Assembly: GCA_963741945.1 (NCBI GenBank)
Contig: CAVUKA010000001.1
Location: 320,001 to 384,000, forward strand
Origin: an uncultured Gemmatimonadales bacterium
GTDB taxonomy: Bacteria > Gemmatimonadota > Gemmatimonadetes > Longimicrobiales > RSA9
DNA length: 64,000 nt
Reading direction: 5' to 3'
The notes under the pieces: generated by a model
Told to the model about the DNA's origin: nothing
Databases searched by the model: none
Seen by the model: the letters and a program-made list of their open reading frames with translations, nothing else
Part shown: in pieces, positions 40,034 to 51,969 of the stretch
How the letters are laid out: the number at the start of each line of letters is the position of its first letter
Numbering within the stretch: the first letter of the stretch is position 1
Program-made: the position numbers and the translations under genes

Positions 40034-40601
40034 CGAGCATTGCGTTCCAGAACGCCAGGGTCTGGGGCATGAGGGGTCGGCCTTTCATCAGGGAGCGCCC
40101 GATGCGGTGCGCGGCCACCTCGCGCAGGACGGCGTCCATGTCCGCGGGCACGCGTTCCCGCCATTCCGCGAGCTGTTCCGTCTCGTACTCGCGACCGGGC
40201 TCGGTGTAGTCGGCCAGGTAGAGCGCCTTGCCGAGCGGGCCGAAGTTCTCGTGGCCGAGCGTGTGCCAGGTGATGGCGAGCAGCAGCTCCTGGTCCTCGA
40301 CGCCGTCCCGCCTCAGCCGTTCGGCGGCGGCCGGCCCGTGGAGCAGCTTTCCGGGGGCGTCCTTGAACTCCAGCGGGACCAGCGCCCGGATCTGCTCGGG
40401 ATCGGCGTCATGGAGGGAGTCGTGGAGCAGCCCGGCGGCGCGCCAGCGGGCGACGTCGTCCTCGTCGAGATCCCGGGACCTCGCCCACTCCTCCAGCAGG
40501 TCCGCCACGCGGCCCACGTGCGCGCGCCGCTTCTCCTTCTTCACGCGGGCCCAGTCGGGGAGAACCCCGTCGGCCGCGCGCGCCAGTGCGGGGTGCAGCA
40601 C
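40020..40601 (-). CDS. HD-domain hydrolase (YqeK-like)
   Basis: RRAH, GLLHD, LLHGP, AITWHT.G, LYLADY.EPGR. Confidence 0.85.
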   Translation of the reverse strand: MLHPALARAADGVLPDWARVKKEKRRAHVGRVADLLEEWARSRDLDEDDVARWRAAGLLHDSLHDADPEQIRALVPLEFKDAPGKLLHGPAAAERLRRDGVEDQELLLAITWHTLGHENFGPLGKALYLADYTEPGREYETEQLAEWRERVPADMDAVLREVAAHRIGRSLMKGRPLMPQTLAFWNAMLDGRP

Positions 40602-40607
40602 GGTGAT

Positions 40608-41006
40608 CTACGTCGGCTCGATGCGGAGGGTGCTCCCCGCCCGCTCGCCGGAGTCCGTCTCCCGGATTCGATTGTTCGGGTCCACGAACACGATGCGCGG
40701 GCGGAAGCCATCGAGCTCGGCCTCGTCGAGCTCGGCGTACGACATGATGATGACCTTGTCGCCCGGCTGGACGAGGCGCGCGGCGGCGCCGTTCAGGACC
40801 ACGTCGCCGGAGCCCTCCGCCCCGCGGATCACGTACGTCTCGAAGCGGGCGCCGTTGTCGATGTCCACCACGTGCACCTTCTCGTACTCCAGGACGTCCG
40901 CGGCCGCCATGAGCATGGGGTCGAGCGTGATGGAGCCCTCGTAGGCGAGGTCCGCGTCCGTCACGGTGGCCCGGTGGATCTTGGATTTGCACATGCTTCG
41001 CCGCAT
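40608..41006 (-). CDS. panD: Aspartate 1-decarboxylase
   Basis: [30 protein letters not shown]. Confidence 0.97.
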   Translation of the reverse strand: MRRSMCKSKIHRATVTDADLAYEGSITLDPMLMAAADVLEYEKVHVVDIDNGARFETYVIRGAEGSGDVVLNGAAARLVQPGDKVIIMSYAELDEAELDGFRPRIVFVDPNNRIRETDSGERAGSTLRIEPT

Positions 41007-41013
41007 GCCGCCC

Positions 41014-41895
<882 letters not shown>

Positions 41896-41911
41896 GGGCG
41901 ATCTCCGACGG

Positions 41912-42730
41912 TCAGTGGGAGTGCTCGGGACCCGGGTACTCGCCAGCGCGGACGGCCGCCGCGTACTCGCCCACGCCGCGCTTCGCCTCCTTCGCCAGCT
42001 CGGCGAAGCGGCGGAGGAACCTGGGCTTGAACGTGTCGTTCAGGCCGAGCATGTCGGGGAGGACCAGCACCTGTCCGTCACAGTGGGGCCCGGCCCCGAT
42101 GCCGATGGTGGGCACCGGCGAAGACGCGGTCAGCTCCTTCGCCAGGTCGGCCGGCAGCAGCTCGAGCACGATGGCGAACGCGCCGGCCTGCGCGAGCCCG
42201 GTCACCTCCCGGCGGAGGCGCTCGGCCGCCACGTCGTCGCGGCCCTGGACGCGGTAGCCGCCCAGCGCGTGCACGGACTGCGGCGTCAGCCCGATGTGGC
42301 CCATGACCGCGATGCCGGCATCCACCAGACGGGCGACGTGCTCACACGCCCGCTCGCTCCCGCCCTCCATCTTCACCGCCTCCGCGCCCGTCTCCTTGAG
42401 CACGCGGCCGCAATTGCGGATCGTGTCCTCGGGCGAGACCTGGAACGTGAGGAACGGCATGTCCACAACCAGCAGCGCGTCCTTCACGCCCCGGCGCACG
42501 GCAGCGCCGTGGTGGATCATGTCTTCGAGGGTGACGGGAACGGTGGAGTCGTAGCCGAGCATGACCTGCCCGAGGGAGTCGCCCACCAGGACGATGTCGA
42601 CGCCCGCCTCGTCGACCAGGCGGGCGAACAGGTAGTCGTAAGCAGTGAGCGCGACGATCTTCTCGCCGCGCTCCTTCATCTCCAGCAGCCGCCGCACCGT
42701 GGTGCGCTTGCGTGCCGATCCCGTGCTCAT
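41912..42730 (-). CDS. panB: 3-methyl-2-oxobutanoate hydroxymethyltransferase
   Basis: LTAYD, LVGDSLG, DMPF, KMEGG, GHIGLTPQ. Confidence 0.97.
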   Translation of the reverse strand: MSTGSARKRTTVRRLLEMKERGEKIVALTAYDYLFARLVDEAGVDIVLVGDSLGQVMLGYDSTVPVTLEDMIHHGAAVRRGVKDALLVVDMPFLTFQVSPEDTIRNCGRVLKETGAEAVKMEGGSERACEHVARLVDAGIAVMGHIGLTPQSVHALGGYRVQGRDDVAAERLRREVTGLAQAGAFAIVLELLPADLAKELTASSPVPTIGIGAGPHCDGQVLVLPDMLGLNDTFKPRFLRRFAELAKEAKRGVGEYAAAVRAGEYPGPEHSH

Positions 42731-42793
42731 GGGGCGGAAACCCGCGTAGTGTCGAGGTTTGACTGCGGTCGAAGCTAGATCCACTTTCGAAGC

Positions 42794-44465
42794 GTGTCAA
42801 ACCTGATCCGCTACGACTCGCTCCTGGTCCACTACCTCGCCCGCGAGCTCGACGAGCGCTTGCGCGCCCGTCGCCTGAAGAGCGTGTGGATGGATCACGG
42901 CAGCCGCCGGGTCGTGCTCGATCTCGATGATGCGGCGCTCATCTGGGACCTCCATCCGGAGCGGGGCTGGCTCCGGGAAGCCAGCGGCGATGCCGGTTCG
43001 GAAACCGCCCGCGGACCGGGGGCCCGGAAGATCGCGACCCAGCGCAGGCCCCGGGTGCGCGGGGTCTCGGCCCCGCCGGACGAGCGGACGCTGGAGATCG
43101 CCATCGACGCGGGAGGGGCCGGCCGGGCATCGCGACTGGTGCTCGAGCTCATGACCAACCAGTGGAACCTGCTGGCACTGGATCCCGATGGCTGGGTCGT
43201 GGCCGCGCTCTGGACCCGCACGGCGGGGGAGCGCCACCTCCGTTCCGGAATCCGCTACGTCCCGCCCTCGCCCGTGCGCCGGCGCGGGATCGATTCTCCG
43301 CTGCCGGAGCGTGCGTTCCGGGACCTGCTGGCGAGCGTGGAGCCGGAATTCCGGATGAGGGCGCTGGTGCGCGACGTCGCATGGACGAGCCCCATCAACG
43401 CCGCGTCCATCCTGGGGGAGGCGAGCGGCCATGCGGACGCCGGCCACCTTTCGGACGCGTGGGAGCGCTACGCGGCCCTCGCCGCCCGCCCGGAAGCTTC
43501 ACCGCAGCTGATCGAACGGGAGTCTCCACTGCCGTATCCGCTCCCGCTCCCCGGCGTGGCATCGAGGCCGCAGCCTTCGCTGCTGGCCGCGTTCGAATCG
43601 GTGACATCGACGGCGGGGTCCGCGGGCGTGGCGCCCGAAGTCCGGGCCGCGCTGGCGGCCGAGCTGGAGAAAGTGGCGCGGCGCGCGCTCCGGTTGCGGG
43701 CGGACGCGGAAGCGGCGCCGGAGGACGCGGTGCGGCTGCGCAGGGAAGCCGACCTCCTCATGGCGCAGCTCCACAGGGTCCAGCGCAGCGATGCGTCCGT
43801 GGAGCTGGACGATTTCGAGGGGGGGACCGTGACCCTGTCGCTCGATCCGGCGCGCACGGCCGCTGAGAACGCACAGGTGATGTACGAGCGCGCCAGGCGG
43901 CGGGAGCGGGCGGCCGCGAGGCTGCCGGAGCGGGTGCGGGCGGCCGTGGCGGAGCAGAACCGGCTCGAGTCGCTGCTGGAGTCCATCGACGCGGGGGATG
44001 CCGACCCCGCCGACGTGGCGCGGTGGGCGGCCCAGGCCATGCCGGCGGACGGCGGGCGGCAGGGCACCGGCGGGGAACAGGTCCCGTACCACCGTTTCAG
44101 AAGCTCGGGCGGGCTGGAGATCCGGGTCGGCCGGAGCGGTGGCGGGAACGACGAGCTGACCTTCCACCACTCGTCGCCCGACGACATCTCGGCTTCACGC
44201 CCGCGACAACGCCGGCGCGCACGTGATCCTGCGCTGGCCCGAGCGGAGCCAGAACCCGCCCCGGCGCGACCTGGTGGAAGCAGCGGTGCTGGCCGCACTG
44301 AACAGCCGCGCCCGGGGCTCGGCCACCGTCCCGGTGGACTGGACGCGCCGGAAGCACGTGCGAAAGCCGCGAAAGGCACCGCCGGGCCTGGTGATCCCGG
44401 AGCGGGTGACCACGATCTTCGTGCGGCCGGATCCATCGCTGCCGGATCGGCTGTCGCGGGAGTAG
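42794..44465 (+). pseudogene. Rqc2/RqcH (NFACT, FbpA-like) with one +1 frameshift at ~44189; likely assembly error
   Basis: LVLELM..QWNL, LDP...AAENAQ..Y, IRVGR...NDELT; GACATCTcGGCTTCAC restores DIWLHAR..GAHV if one base is removed. Confidence 0.8.
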
Positions 44466-44539
44466 GTCCCGCCGGGGATCGTCGGGGCCGCCACGGTGGA
44501 ACGCCCCGCGGCCACCGCGGCGGGGCGGCGGCCGCTCTT

Positions 44540-45328
44540 TTATGCTCCGGAGCCCGTCGGCAGGGCGGCGCGCAGCGATGCGACGAAGTCCGCCGCGCCA
44601 CGGATGCCGCGCTCGCGGAGCGCTTCGATCAGGGCGCTCCCCACCACCACCCCGTCGGCCATCCCCGCCACGGACGCGGCCTGCTCGGGCGTCGCGATGC
44701 CGAAGCCCACCACCACGGGGACCGAAGCGGCCAGACGGATCGGCGCGAGCTCATCGGCCAGCTCCCGTCGCAGATCCGTGGTACCGCCAGTGACACCCGT
44801 GCGCGAGATGTAGTACAGGAACCCCTGCGCGCGCTCGGCGATCCGGATGGCGCGGGCCGCGGGCGTGGTGGGCGCAATGAGCCGCACGAGCGCGAGCGGC
44901 GAGTCCTCGAACGAGCGCTCCAGCGCGGGGTCCTCCCCCAGCGGGAGGTCCGTGACCAGCACGCCGTCGGCACCGGCCGCGACCGCATCGGCCAGGAACC
45001 GCTCGACGCCGTATCGGAAGATCGGGTTCAGATACGAGAACAGCACCACGGGCGTATCGACGTCCCGCCGCCGGAATTCCGCGAGCGACTGGAGCGTGGC
45101 CGGGAGGGAGCCGCCGGCCTCAAGCGCGGCCTGGGAGCTGGCCTGGATGGTGGGGCCATCGGCGAGCGGGTCGCTGAACGGGACGCCCAGCTCGATGATG
45201 TCGGCGCCCGCGCTCGCCACGGCGGCCATGAGGTCGGGCGTGGCGGCGGGCGAAGGGAATCCGGCAGTGACGTAGGGGACGAGGAGCGGACGTGCTCCCG
45301 GTCCGCGACGCCCGAGCCGGGCGGTCAT
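44540..45328 (-). CDS. trpA: Tryptophan synthase alpha chain
   Basis: ELGVPFSDPLADGPTIQ, YLNP, GVTG, VGFGI, VVGSA. Confidence 0.96.
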   Translation of the reverse strand: MTARLGRRGPGARPLLVPYVTAGFPSPAATPDLMAAVASAGADIIELGVPFSDPLADGPTIQASSQAALEAGGSLPATLQSLAEFRRRDVDTPVVLFSYLNPIFRYGVERFLADAVAAGADGVLVTDLPLGEDPALERSFEDSPLALVRLIAPTTPAARAIRIAERAQGFLYYISRTGVTGGTTDLRRELADELAPIRLAASVPVVVGFGIATPEQAASVAGMADGVVVGSALIEALRERGIRGAADFVASLRAALPTGSGA

Positions 45329-45335
45329 GCGCGTG

Positions 45336-46778
45336 TCAGAGGAAGTAGGCGCCAATGTCGATTCCGTATCGAGCGGGGTTCGTGGTCTTGATGATCTGTC
45401 GCGGCGGCTGCCCGGGCGCCGGATCGGCCCCCAGGTTCACGGTGATCGGCTCCGTGATGGGCATGCCGCTGGCGTCGTAGATGATCTTGATCAAGGGCTG
45501 GTGGATCTTCGTCGGATCGGGGTTCGCGCCCGTGACCACGGCCATCTCGTACGTATCCAGGATCACCAGCGTGCCCACGGGGAAGATCCCGGTGACGTTG
45601 ATCATCGCTTTCACCAGGAGCGGGTCGTATCCCCGCTTCGGGTTGTCCCGCATCTCCTGCAGCGCGTCCTCCGGCCGCCACGCCCCGTCCATGTAGACGC
45701 GCTGGGTCGTGGCCGCATCGAACCCGTCGGCCACCGCCACGATCCGGCTGAAGAGCGTGGGACGACGCGGCCGCTGGTTCTTCGGGTAGCCGGAGAGGTC
45801 GCGCTTCATGTGGTGCTCGTACGCCATGAGCATGGCGCGGAACGGCACCTCGCCGAAGCCGTGCATGTTGAAGAGGGCCAGCAACCCCTCGGTGGTGTGC
45901 TGCTGCATCGCCCGGAACTCGGCATCCGTGAGCGGGTCCGTCTTGTTCGTGATCGCGGGGTCGACCCGCATCTTCCCGATGTCGTGGAAGAGGGCGCCGA
46001 GGCCCAGCTCGAACAGCTGGCGCTTGTCCAGCCCCAGCTTCTGGCCCAGCACCACGCTGAAGATGCAGACGTTCACGCAGTGGGTGAACGTGTAGTCGTC
46101 GTACTCGCGCAGCGCGGTCATGCCCATCATGGACGTCTCGTTGTTGAGCACCTGGTCCACGATGGACTGCACGGCCCGCTTCACCCGGCGCGCGTTGACG
46201 CTCTTCCCGAGACGCGTGTCCGCAAGGACCGTCTTCACCACTTCCACGGTCTGGAAATACGCCCGCTTCGCCGCTTCCTTGCTCTGGCTGTCCGTCTCAT
46301 CGAGCGCCGCGCGCTCCCGCTCCGGCCCCACTTCAATGTGCTGCACCGGAGTGGCATCGAAGCGGCGGAGGAAATCGTCGTAGGCTTCGTCCTCCGAGGC
46401 GGGCTTCTCCAGCAGGAGCGAGAGGAAGGGCGGCCACTCCGGGCGCGCGACGCCGGGGTGGATCTGGACCGCGCCGACCCGGTGGCGGTTCAGCGCGTTC
46501 GACAGGAGCGAGAAGGCGGCGTACGTGGACAGGTCCAGGCGGATCCGCACGTCATTGATGAAGATGAAGTCGCCGACCAGGCCGATGTCGACCGCCTCCT
46601 CTCGCTCAAGCAACGCCGTGGCGGCCGCGTGCAGATCGTCCAGCGCCTTCTGGACGGTCTGGTTCTCGAGGGGGAAGAGCTTGAGCGCCTGGAGCGCGGC
46701 GTAGAACGTCCCCAGGAGCGAGCGCCCTGTCTTCTGGAGTGCGGCCGTGCTGTCGACGGTGTAGCTGGGTGCACTCAT
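45336..46778 (-). CDS. HD-GYP domain protein
   Basis: DYTFTHCVNV, FHDIGK, EHH...SGYP, RIVAVADGFDA. Confidence 0.9.
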   Translation of the reverse strand: MSAPSYTVDSTAALQKTGRSLLGTFYAALQALKLFPLENQTVQKALDDLHAAATALLEREEAVDIGLVGDFIFINDVRIRLDLSTYAAFSLLSNALNRHRVGAVQIHPGVARPEWPPFLSLLLEKPASEDEAYDDFLRRFDATPVQHIEVGPERERAALDETDSQSKEAAKRAYFQTVEVVKTVLADTRLGKSVNARRVKRAVQSIVDQVLNNETSMMGMTALREYDDYTFTHCVNVCIFSVVLGQKLGLDKRQLFELGLGALFHDIGKMRVDPAITNKTDPLTDAEFRAMQQHTTEGLLALFNMHGFGEVPFRAMLMAYEHHMKRDLSGYPKNQRPRRPTLFSRIVAVADGFDAATTQRVYMDGAWRPEDALQEMRDNPKRGYDPLLVKAMINVTGIFPVGTLVILDTYEMAVVTGANPDPTKIHQPLIKIIYDASGMPITEPITVNLGADPAPGQPPRQIIKTTNPARYGIDIGAYFL

Positions 46779-48541
46779 CCGGCCAATGCCTCCCGGCGGA
46801 GCGCCCGTATGACGGCGTTCCTCACGATGGGATCGTCGTCTTCCCTCGACCGCTGCAGCGCCTCGCGGGCCGCGGCCGTGCCCGCCTCCCCCAGCGCCAG
46901 CGCCGCGCACGCCCGTTCTTCCGTGGGGCTCCGGCGTCCGAGGAATCCGCGGTCGTTCAGGATGCCGGCCATGCGCGATACCGCCCCGCTGCCGCCCACG
47001 GCGCCGTAGGCCTGGAAGAAGGCCATCTTCTCGGTCAGGTCGGCATCCCGGAGCCGGCGGCCATCGATGACTTCGGCCAGCGCCTCGCGCGCGGAGGCGA
47101 AGCGCAGCTCGCGGAGCGCGTTGGCGGCCGCGATGCGGACTTCGCGGTCCTCGTCGTCGAGGGCGCGGGCGAGCGCCTGGAGCGCGGGCGTCAGGCGCAT
47201 GTCCACCAGCGCCCGGACCACGGCGAGTCGAACATCACGATCCGGGTGCTCGAGGGCCCCCGCCAGCCCCGGCACCGCCTCCGCGAGCCGGGTGCGCCCG
47301 GCGGCGCGGGCAGCGCCGGCCACGATGCTGGCCTCGTCGCTCGCGAGCAGCCGGTTGACCTCGGCCGGGTGGCGGGCCGCGAGGCCGTTGATGGCGGAGG
47401 CGAGCCGGTGCTCGACACCGGCGTTCTGCGTCAGCTCCGAGAACCGGATGAGCACCGGCATGGCGGACGCGTGGAGGCGGCTGAAAAAGAGGCCCACGTC
47501 CTCGGAATCCGGCGATACGGCGCCGTCCTCCAGTGCCTGGACGAACTGCTCGAGGACGCGCGGGTCGCTGAGCCGGGCGAACAGGCGCTCCACCTCCTCC
47601 GCCAGGTCGCCGGCAAGGGGCCCTCCCTCCGCGCCGAGCCGATGCAGCTCCTGGAGGACCAGCGTGGCCTCGTGCAGGTGACCGCGGCTGAGGAAGAGCG
47701 GGACGAGCTGGTTCAGGATGTCCAGAATCTCCGCCTGCCGCTCCGGCCACTCCCGCTCCTCCAGCCGGTCGAACAGCGCGCTCAGGACGTCGACCCGGAG
47801 ATTTCGCTCCGCCTCCAGCGCCACTTCCTCGCGCAGGCTGGCCATCTCCCGCTCCTCCAGGAAATAGACCGTCTCATCGAAGTCCTCGCGCGTCAGCCCG
47901 GGCGCGCCCGGCGGCGGCGCCCCTCCCTGCGCTGTCTGGCCGGCTGGCGCGTCGGCCGGAGAAACGACATCCAGCTGCAGGTCCAGGGAGAGCGACGACC
48001 GGTCCACCGCGGGCGGCTGGTCCGTGTAGCCCGAGTCGGGGACGTCCAGCCCGTCCACCAGGAGGTCGACGTAGCCGTACTGGAGGCCCTCGATCTCCTG
48101 CTCCCACAGGATGGTGATGATGTCTTCAGCCTCGGCGTCGCGCCGCGTGGAACGCGTGAGGGCGTCCAGGAATCTCCCCACCTCGTTCTCGAACCCCGGC
48201 AGGAACTTCAGACTCCGGATGCCATCCTTGTAGAGCGCGAAGGAGAGCGACTCGCGCCCTTTGCCGATCCGGAACACCCCGCCACCGTAGCGGAAGCCGT
48301 CTTCGGTGACGCCGAGCTCCAGGGAATCCGCGCGCTCCCACACCTGGCGGAAGGAATCCCGGAGCAGGTCCTGGAAGCGGTGGAAGACCGGGTTGTTCGC
48401 CCGGTACATGTTGAAGGCACGCTGGGCCTTGGCCATGTTGGAGAGCAGAGCTTCGACCTCCTGCGCCGGCAGCGCGGGATCGTCGAGATCCGCAGTATCG
48501 AGCTGGGGCACGTTCTCCACCTCGCGCTCGTCTCCCTCCAA
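46775..48541 (-). CDS. HEAT-repeat protein
   Basis: C-terminal D.D.EVR.AA..AL repeats; N-terminal Y..NNP.. Confidence 0.8.
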   Translation of the reverse strand: MEGDEREVENVPQLDTADLDDPALPAQEVEALLSNMAKAQRAFNMYRANNPVFHRFQDLLRDSFRQVWERADSLELGVTEDGFRYGGGVFRIGKGRESLSFALYKDGIRSLKFLPGFENEVGRFLDALTRSTRRDAEAEDIITILWEQEIEGLQYGYVDLLVDGLDVPDSGYTDQPPAVDRSSLSLDLQLDVVSPADAPAGQTAQGGAPPPGAPGLTREDFDETVYFLEEREMASLREEVALEAERNLRVDVLSALFDRLEEREWPERQAEILDILNQLVPLFLSRGHLHEATLVLQELHRLGAEGGPLAGDLAEEVERLFARLSDPRVLEQFVQALEDGAVSPDSEDVGLFFSRLHASAMPVLIRFSELTQNAGVEHRLASAINGLAARHPAEVNRLLASDEASIVAGAARAAGRTRLAEAVPGLAGALEHPDRDVRLAVVRALVDMRLTPALQALARALDDEDREVRIAAANALRELRFASAREALAEVIDGRRLRDADLTEKMAFFQAYGAVGGSGAVSRMAGILNDRGFLGRRSPTEERACAALALGEAGTAAAREALQRSREDDDPIVRNAVIRALRREALAG

Positions 48542-48547
48542 CGGTTC

Positions 48548-49741
48548 CTAGTCGACCGACCCGGCCTCCACGACCTGGGCCACGTCCTTGTCGCCGCGGC
48601 CGCTCAAGTTGACGACCACGGGGCCCGCACCGGCCCACGCCCTTCCCTCCCGGAGCAGGAACGCCACCGCGTGCGCACTCTCCAGCGCCGGGATGATCCC
48701 CTCCAGGCGGGCTACACGGTGGAACGCGTCCAGCGCCTCCGCGTCATCCACGGCCACGTACCGGGCTCGCCCCGTCTCCCGCAGATGCGCGTGCTCCGGC
48801 CCCACGCCAGGGTAGTCCAGCCCCGCCGACACGGAATGCGCCGGGGCCACCTGGCCCGCTTCGTCCTGCAGCAGGAAGCTCAGTGAACCATGAAGAACGC
48901 CGGGCGTTCCGGCCGCGAGCGACGCCGCGTGCCGCCCCGTCGCCAGCCCGTCGCCAGCCGCCTCGACCCCCACCAGCTCGACGGCGTCATCCGGCACGAA
49001 CGCGTGGAAGATCCCCATGGCATTCGAGCCACCCCCCACGCACGCGACCACGGCGGCGGGCAGCCGCCCCGTGCGCTCCAGCAGCTGCTCACGCGTTTCC
49101 AGGCCGATCACGGCCTGGAAGTCGCGCACCATGCGCGGATACGGGTCTGGACCCACCACGGATCCAATAATGTAATGCGTGTCACGGACGTTCGTCACCC
49201 AATCGCGGATCGCTTCGTTCGTCGCGTCCTTCAACGTGCGGGTGCCCGAGCGCACCGGCCGCACCTCGGCGCCCAGCATCTCCATTCGCACCACGTTCAG
49301 CGCCTGGCGGCGCATGTCCTCCTCGCCCATGTAAACGACGCACTCCAGGCCGAAAAGGGCACAGACCGTGGCCGTGGCCACTCCGTGCTGCCCCGCCCCG
49401 GTCTCCGCGATGATCCGCCGCTTCCCCATGCGCCGCGCCAGCAGGACCTGCCCCAGCGTATTGTTGATCTTGTGCGCCCCCGTGTGGTTCAGGTCCTCCC
49501 GCTTGAGCCAGAGCTCGCACCCCGCCGCCTCTCCCAGGCGCTCCGCGCGGTAGAGCGGCGACGGCCGGCCCACGTAGTCCCGCAGCAGCCCCGCCAGCTC
49601 ACGGCCATAGTCCGCGTCGCCCAGCGCCGCCGCGTAGGCCTCCGTCAGCTCGTCCAGCGCGGTGATCAACGTCTCGGGGACGTACCGCCCGCCGAACTGC
49701 CCGAACCGACCCCCATCCCCCGGCCTTCCCCGCTCCGCCAT
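48548..49741 (-). CDS. trpB: Tryptophan synthase beta chain
   Basis: [48 protein letters not shown]. Confidence 0.97.
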   Translation of the reverse strand: MAERGRPGDGGRFGQFGGRYVPETLITALDELTEAYAAALGDADYGRELAGLLRDYVGRPSPLYRAERLGEAAGCELWLKREDLNHTGAHKINNTLGQVLLARRMGKRRIIAETGAGQHGVATATVCALFGLECVVYMGEEDMRRQALNVVRMEMLGAEVRPVRSGTRTLKDATNEAIRDWVTNVRDTHYIIGSVVGPDPYPRMVRDFQAVIGLETREQLLERTGRLPAAVVACVGGGSNAMGIFHAFVPDDAVELVGVEAAGDGLATGRHAASLAAGTPGVLHGSLSFLLQDEAGQVAPAHSVSAGLDYPGVGPEHAHLRETGRARYVAVDDAEALDAFHRVARLEGIIPALESAHAVAFLLREGRAWAGAGPVVVNLSGRGDKDVAQVVEAGSVD

Positions 49742-49769
49742 TCCGCTCCCGCTCCCGTTCTCGTCGAAT

Positions 49770-50426
49770 CTAGACCGCGGCAGCCCGTGCCGCGGCAATG
49801 AACGCCCGCACCAGCGCAGGGTCCTTGCGCCCCACCAGCGACTCCACGCCGGAACTCACGTCCACGAGCGCCGGTCGGAAGCGACGGACCGCTGCGGCCA
49901 CGTTCTCCGGATCCAGCCCACCCGCCACCCCGACACGGACGTGCGCCGGCAGCCTGGCCATCCCGGCCGCCACTTCCGCCCAGTTGAACCGCGCCCCCAC
50001 ACCGCCGTGCCCGCGCGCGCTCCACCCCTCCACCAGCAGCAGATCCGCCTCCCCCCACCGGCGGGCGCCGTTCAGCAGCTCTTCCGCCGTGCTGGGCTTC
50101 ACCACCTTCCACACCGTCAGGCCCCGGGCGAGCAACGCCTCGACCTGCTCCGGCGGCTCCCTGCCGTGGAGCTGGACCACGTCGAGACCGAAATCCTCCG
50201 CCTCGGCCAGGATGATCCGCGTGGCCATGTCCACGTACACACCCACACGCCGGGCTCCCTCCGCCGCCGCGCAGATCCGCCGGACCAGCTCCGGCTTTCG
50301 CTCCCGCAGGCTGCCGGGAACACGGATCACCCCCACGTGCGTCGCGCCCGCCTCCACCGCGAGCGCCGCGTCGCCCGGGTCGCAGACACCGCAGATCTTC
50401 ACCTCGGGCACGACCTGCCCCGTCAC
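49770..50426 (-). CDS. trpF: Phosphoribosylanthranilate isomerase
   Basis: [30 protein letters not shown]. Confidence 0.93.
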   Translation of the reverse strand: MTGQVVPEVKICGVCDPGDAALAVEAGATHVGVIRVPGSLRERKPELVRRICAAAEGARRVGVYVDMATRIILAEAEDFGLDVVQLHGREPPEQVEALLARGLTVWKVVKPSTAEELLNGARRWGEADLLLVEGWSARGHGGVGARFNWAEVAAGMARLPAHVRVGVAGGLDPENVAAAVRRFRPALVDVSSGVESLVGRKDPALVRAFIAAARAAAV

Positions 50427-51280
50427 CCGCCGACCGACCCGCCGGCCGCGCCGGATCCAGGACCGGCCTCCCTGGCGTCCGCGCTCCCGCGGGCGGACCG
50501 GCGACGCGCATGGCCCGCCAGCCGTGCCACTGCCGCCATGGCGTCATCCGCCTTCACCACGCTCTCCCCCACCAGCACGGCGTCCACGCCGGCATCACCG
50601 AGCCGGGCCACATCCCCGGCCTCACGGATCCCGCTCTCCGCCACCAGGACCACGTCCGCCGGGACCGACGGCGCCAGCGACTCGCTCACCGACAGATCCG
50701 TTTCGAAGCGAGCCAGGTCCCTGTTGTTGATCCCCACCACCCGCGCCCCCGCCGCCAGTGCCCGCTCCACTTCCGCAGCATCGTGCGTCTCGACCAGCGC
50801 CATCATCCCGAGCTCGACCGTGAGCGACAGGAGGTCCCGCAGCGATCCGGACTCCAGCGCGCGCACGATCAGCAGCAGCGCGTCGGCGCCCATGGCACGT
50901 GACTCGTACACCTGCACCGGATCCACGATGAATTCCTTGCGCAGGACCGGCAGCGCCACGGCCCCGCGCACCGACTCCAGGTCCTCCCGCGATCCCCCGA
51001 AATGCGCCGCGTCCGTCAGCACGCTCACGGCCGCCGCACCCCCGTGCGCGTACATCGACGCCAGCCCGGCCGCGTTGAGATCGCGACGGATCCAGCCGGC
51101 CGACGGCGAGCGCCGCTTCACTTCCGCGATCACCGCCACCTCGTCGCCCGCCCGCAGCGCGCCCGCGAGATCCCTCGCCGGCGACGCCTCCTCCGCCTGC
51201 CGCCGAAGCGCCGCCTTCCACGGCGTCAGACGCCCCACTTCCGCCCGCTTCTCGCGCACGATCTGGTCGAGAATCGACAT
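50423..51280 (-). CDS. trpC: Indole-3-glycerol phosphate synthase
   Basis: IAEVKRRSPSAG, SVLTD, LRKEF, GINNRDL, AESGI. Confidence 0.96.
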   Translation of the reverse strand: MSILDQIVREKRAEVGRLTPWKAALRRQAEEASPARDLAGALRAGDEVAVIAEVKRRSPSAGWIRRDLNAAGLASMYAHGGAAAVSVLTDAAHFGGSREDLESVRGAVALPVLRKEFIVDPVQVYESRAMGADALLLIVRALESGSLRDLLSLTVELGMMALVETHDAAEVERALAAGARVVGINNRDLARFETDLSVSESLAPSVPADVVLVAESGIREAGDVARLGDAGVDAVLVGESVVKADDAMAAVARLAGHARRRSARGSADAREAGPGSGAAGGSVGG

Positions 51281-51345
51281 GACCCTTGCGTTTCGGGTGC
51301 TGTTCGGTTTACACTGCCTTCGGACTTTATTCGGAGGCCGCCCGA

Positions 51346-51969
51346 ATGCTGCAACAGAAGAAGCCGCTGACCAAGAGGCAGAAGGAGATCCTCGACTTCA
51401 TCGAGGAGTTCGCCGACACCCACGGCTACGCGCCCAGCTTCGAAGAGATCGCGGATCGCTTCGGATACACCTCGCTCGCCACCGTGCACGAGCACCTGGA
51501 GAATCTGCGGGCGAAGGGGTACATCCGAAAGAGCTACAACGAGAGCCGCTCGATCCAGGTGGTGCCCGAGGAGACCCGGCTGGAAGCGGTGGCGCTGCCG
51601 CTGGTCGGGATGGTGGCCGCCGGGCTGCCGATCGAGGCCGTGGACCAGCAGGATACCGTGGCCGTGCCGGACGAGATGCTGGGGCGGGGCGAGCACTACG
51701 TGCTGCGCGTCCAGGGCAACTCGATGATCGAGGAGCAGATCCGGGATGGCGACTACCTCGTGGTGCGTCACCGTGAGACGGCAGAGAACGGAGACGTGGT
51801 GATCGCGCTGGTGGACCGGGAAGCCGCCACGGTGAAGCGGTTCTACCGGGAGAAGGACGGCCGGGTGCGGCTCCAGCCTGCGAACGAGACCATGGCGCCC
51901 ATGTACTATGGCGCCGACAGGATCCAGGTTCAGGGGGTGGTGATGGGCGTGATGCGGAGGTTCTCGTGA
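51346..51969 (+). CDS. lexA: SOS repressor LexA
   Basis: LT.RQ.EIL, PS..EI, VAAG.P (Ala-Gly cleavage site), G.SM, TVKR. Confidence 0.95.
   Translation: MLQQKKPLTKRQKEILDFIEEFADTHGYAPSFEEIADRFGYTSLATVHEHLENLRAKGYIRKSYNESRSIQVVPEETRLEAVALPLVGMVAAGLPIEAVDQQDTVAVPDEMLGRGEHYVLRVQGNSMIEEQIRDGDYLVVRHRETAENGDVVIALVDREAATVKRFYREKDGRVRLQPANETMAPMYYGADRIQVQGVVMGVMRRFS

Noticed and set aside
42794-45391. 865-aa Rqc2 fusion protein
   Set aside because: Artefact of the +1 frameshift at ~44189; the real C-terminus ends at 44465 and the extension overlaps trpA on the opposite strand.
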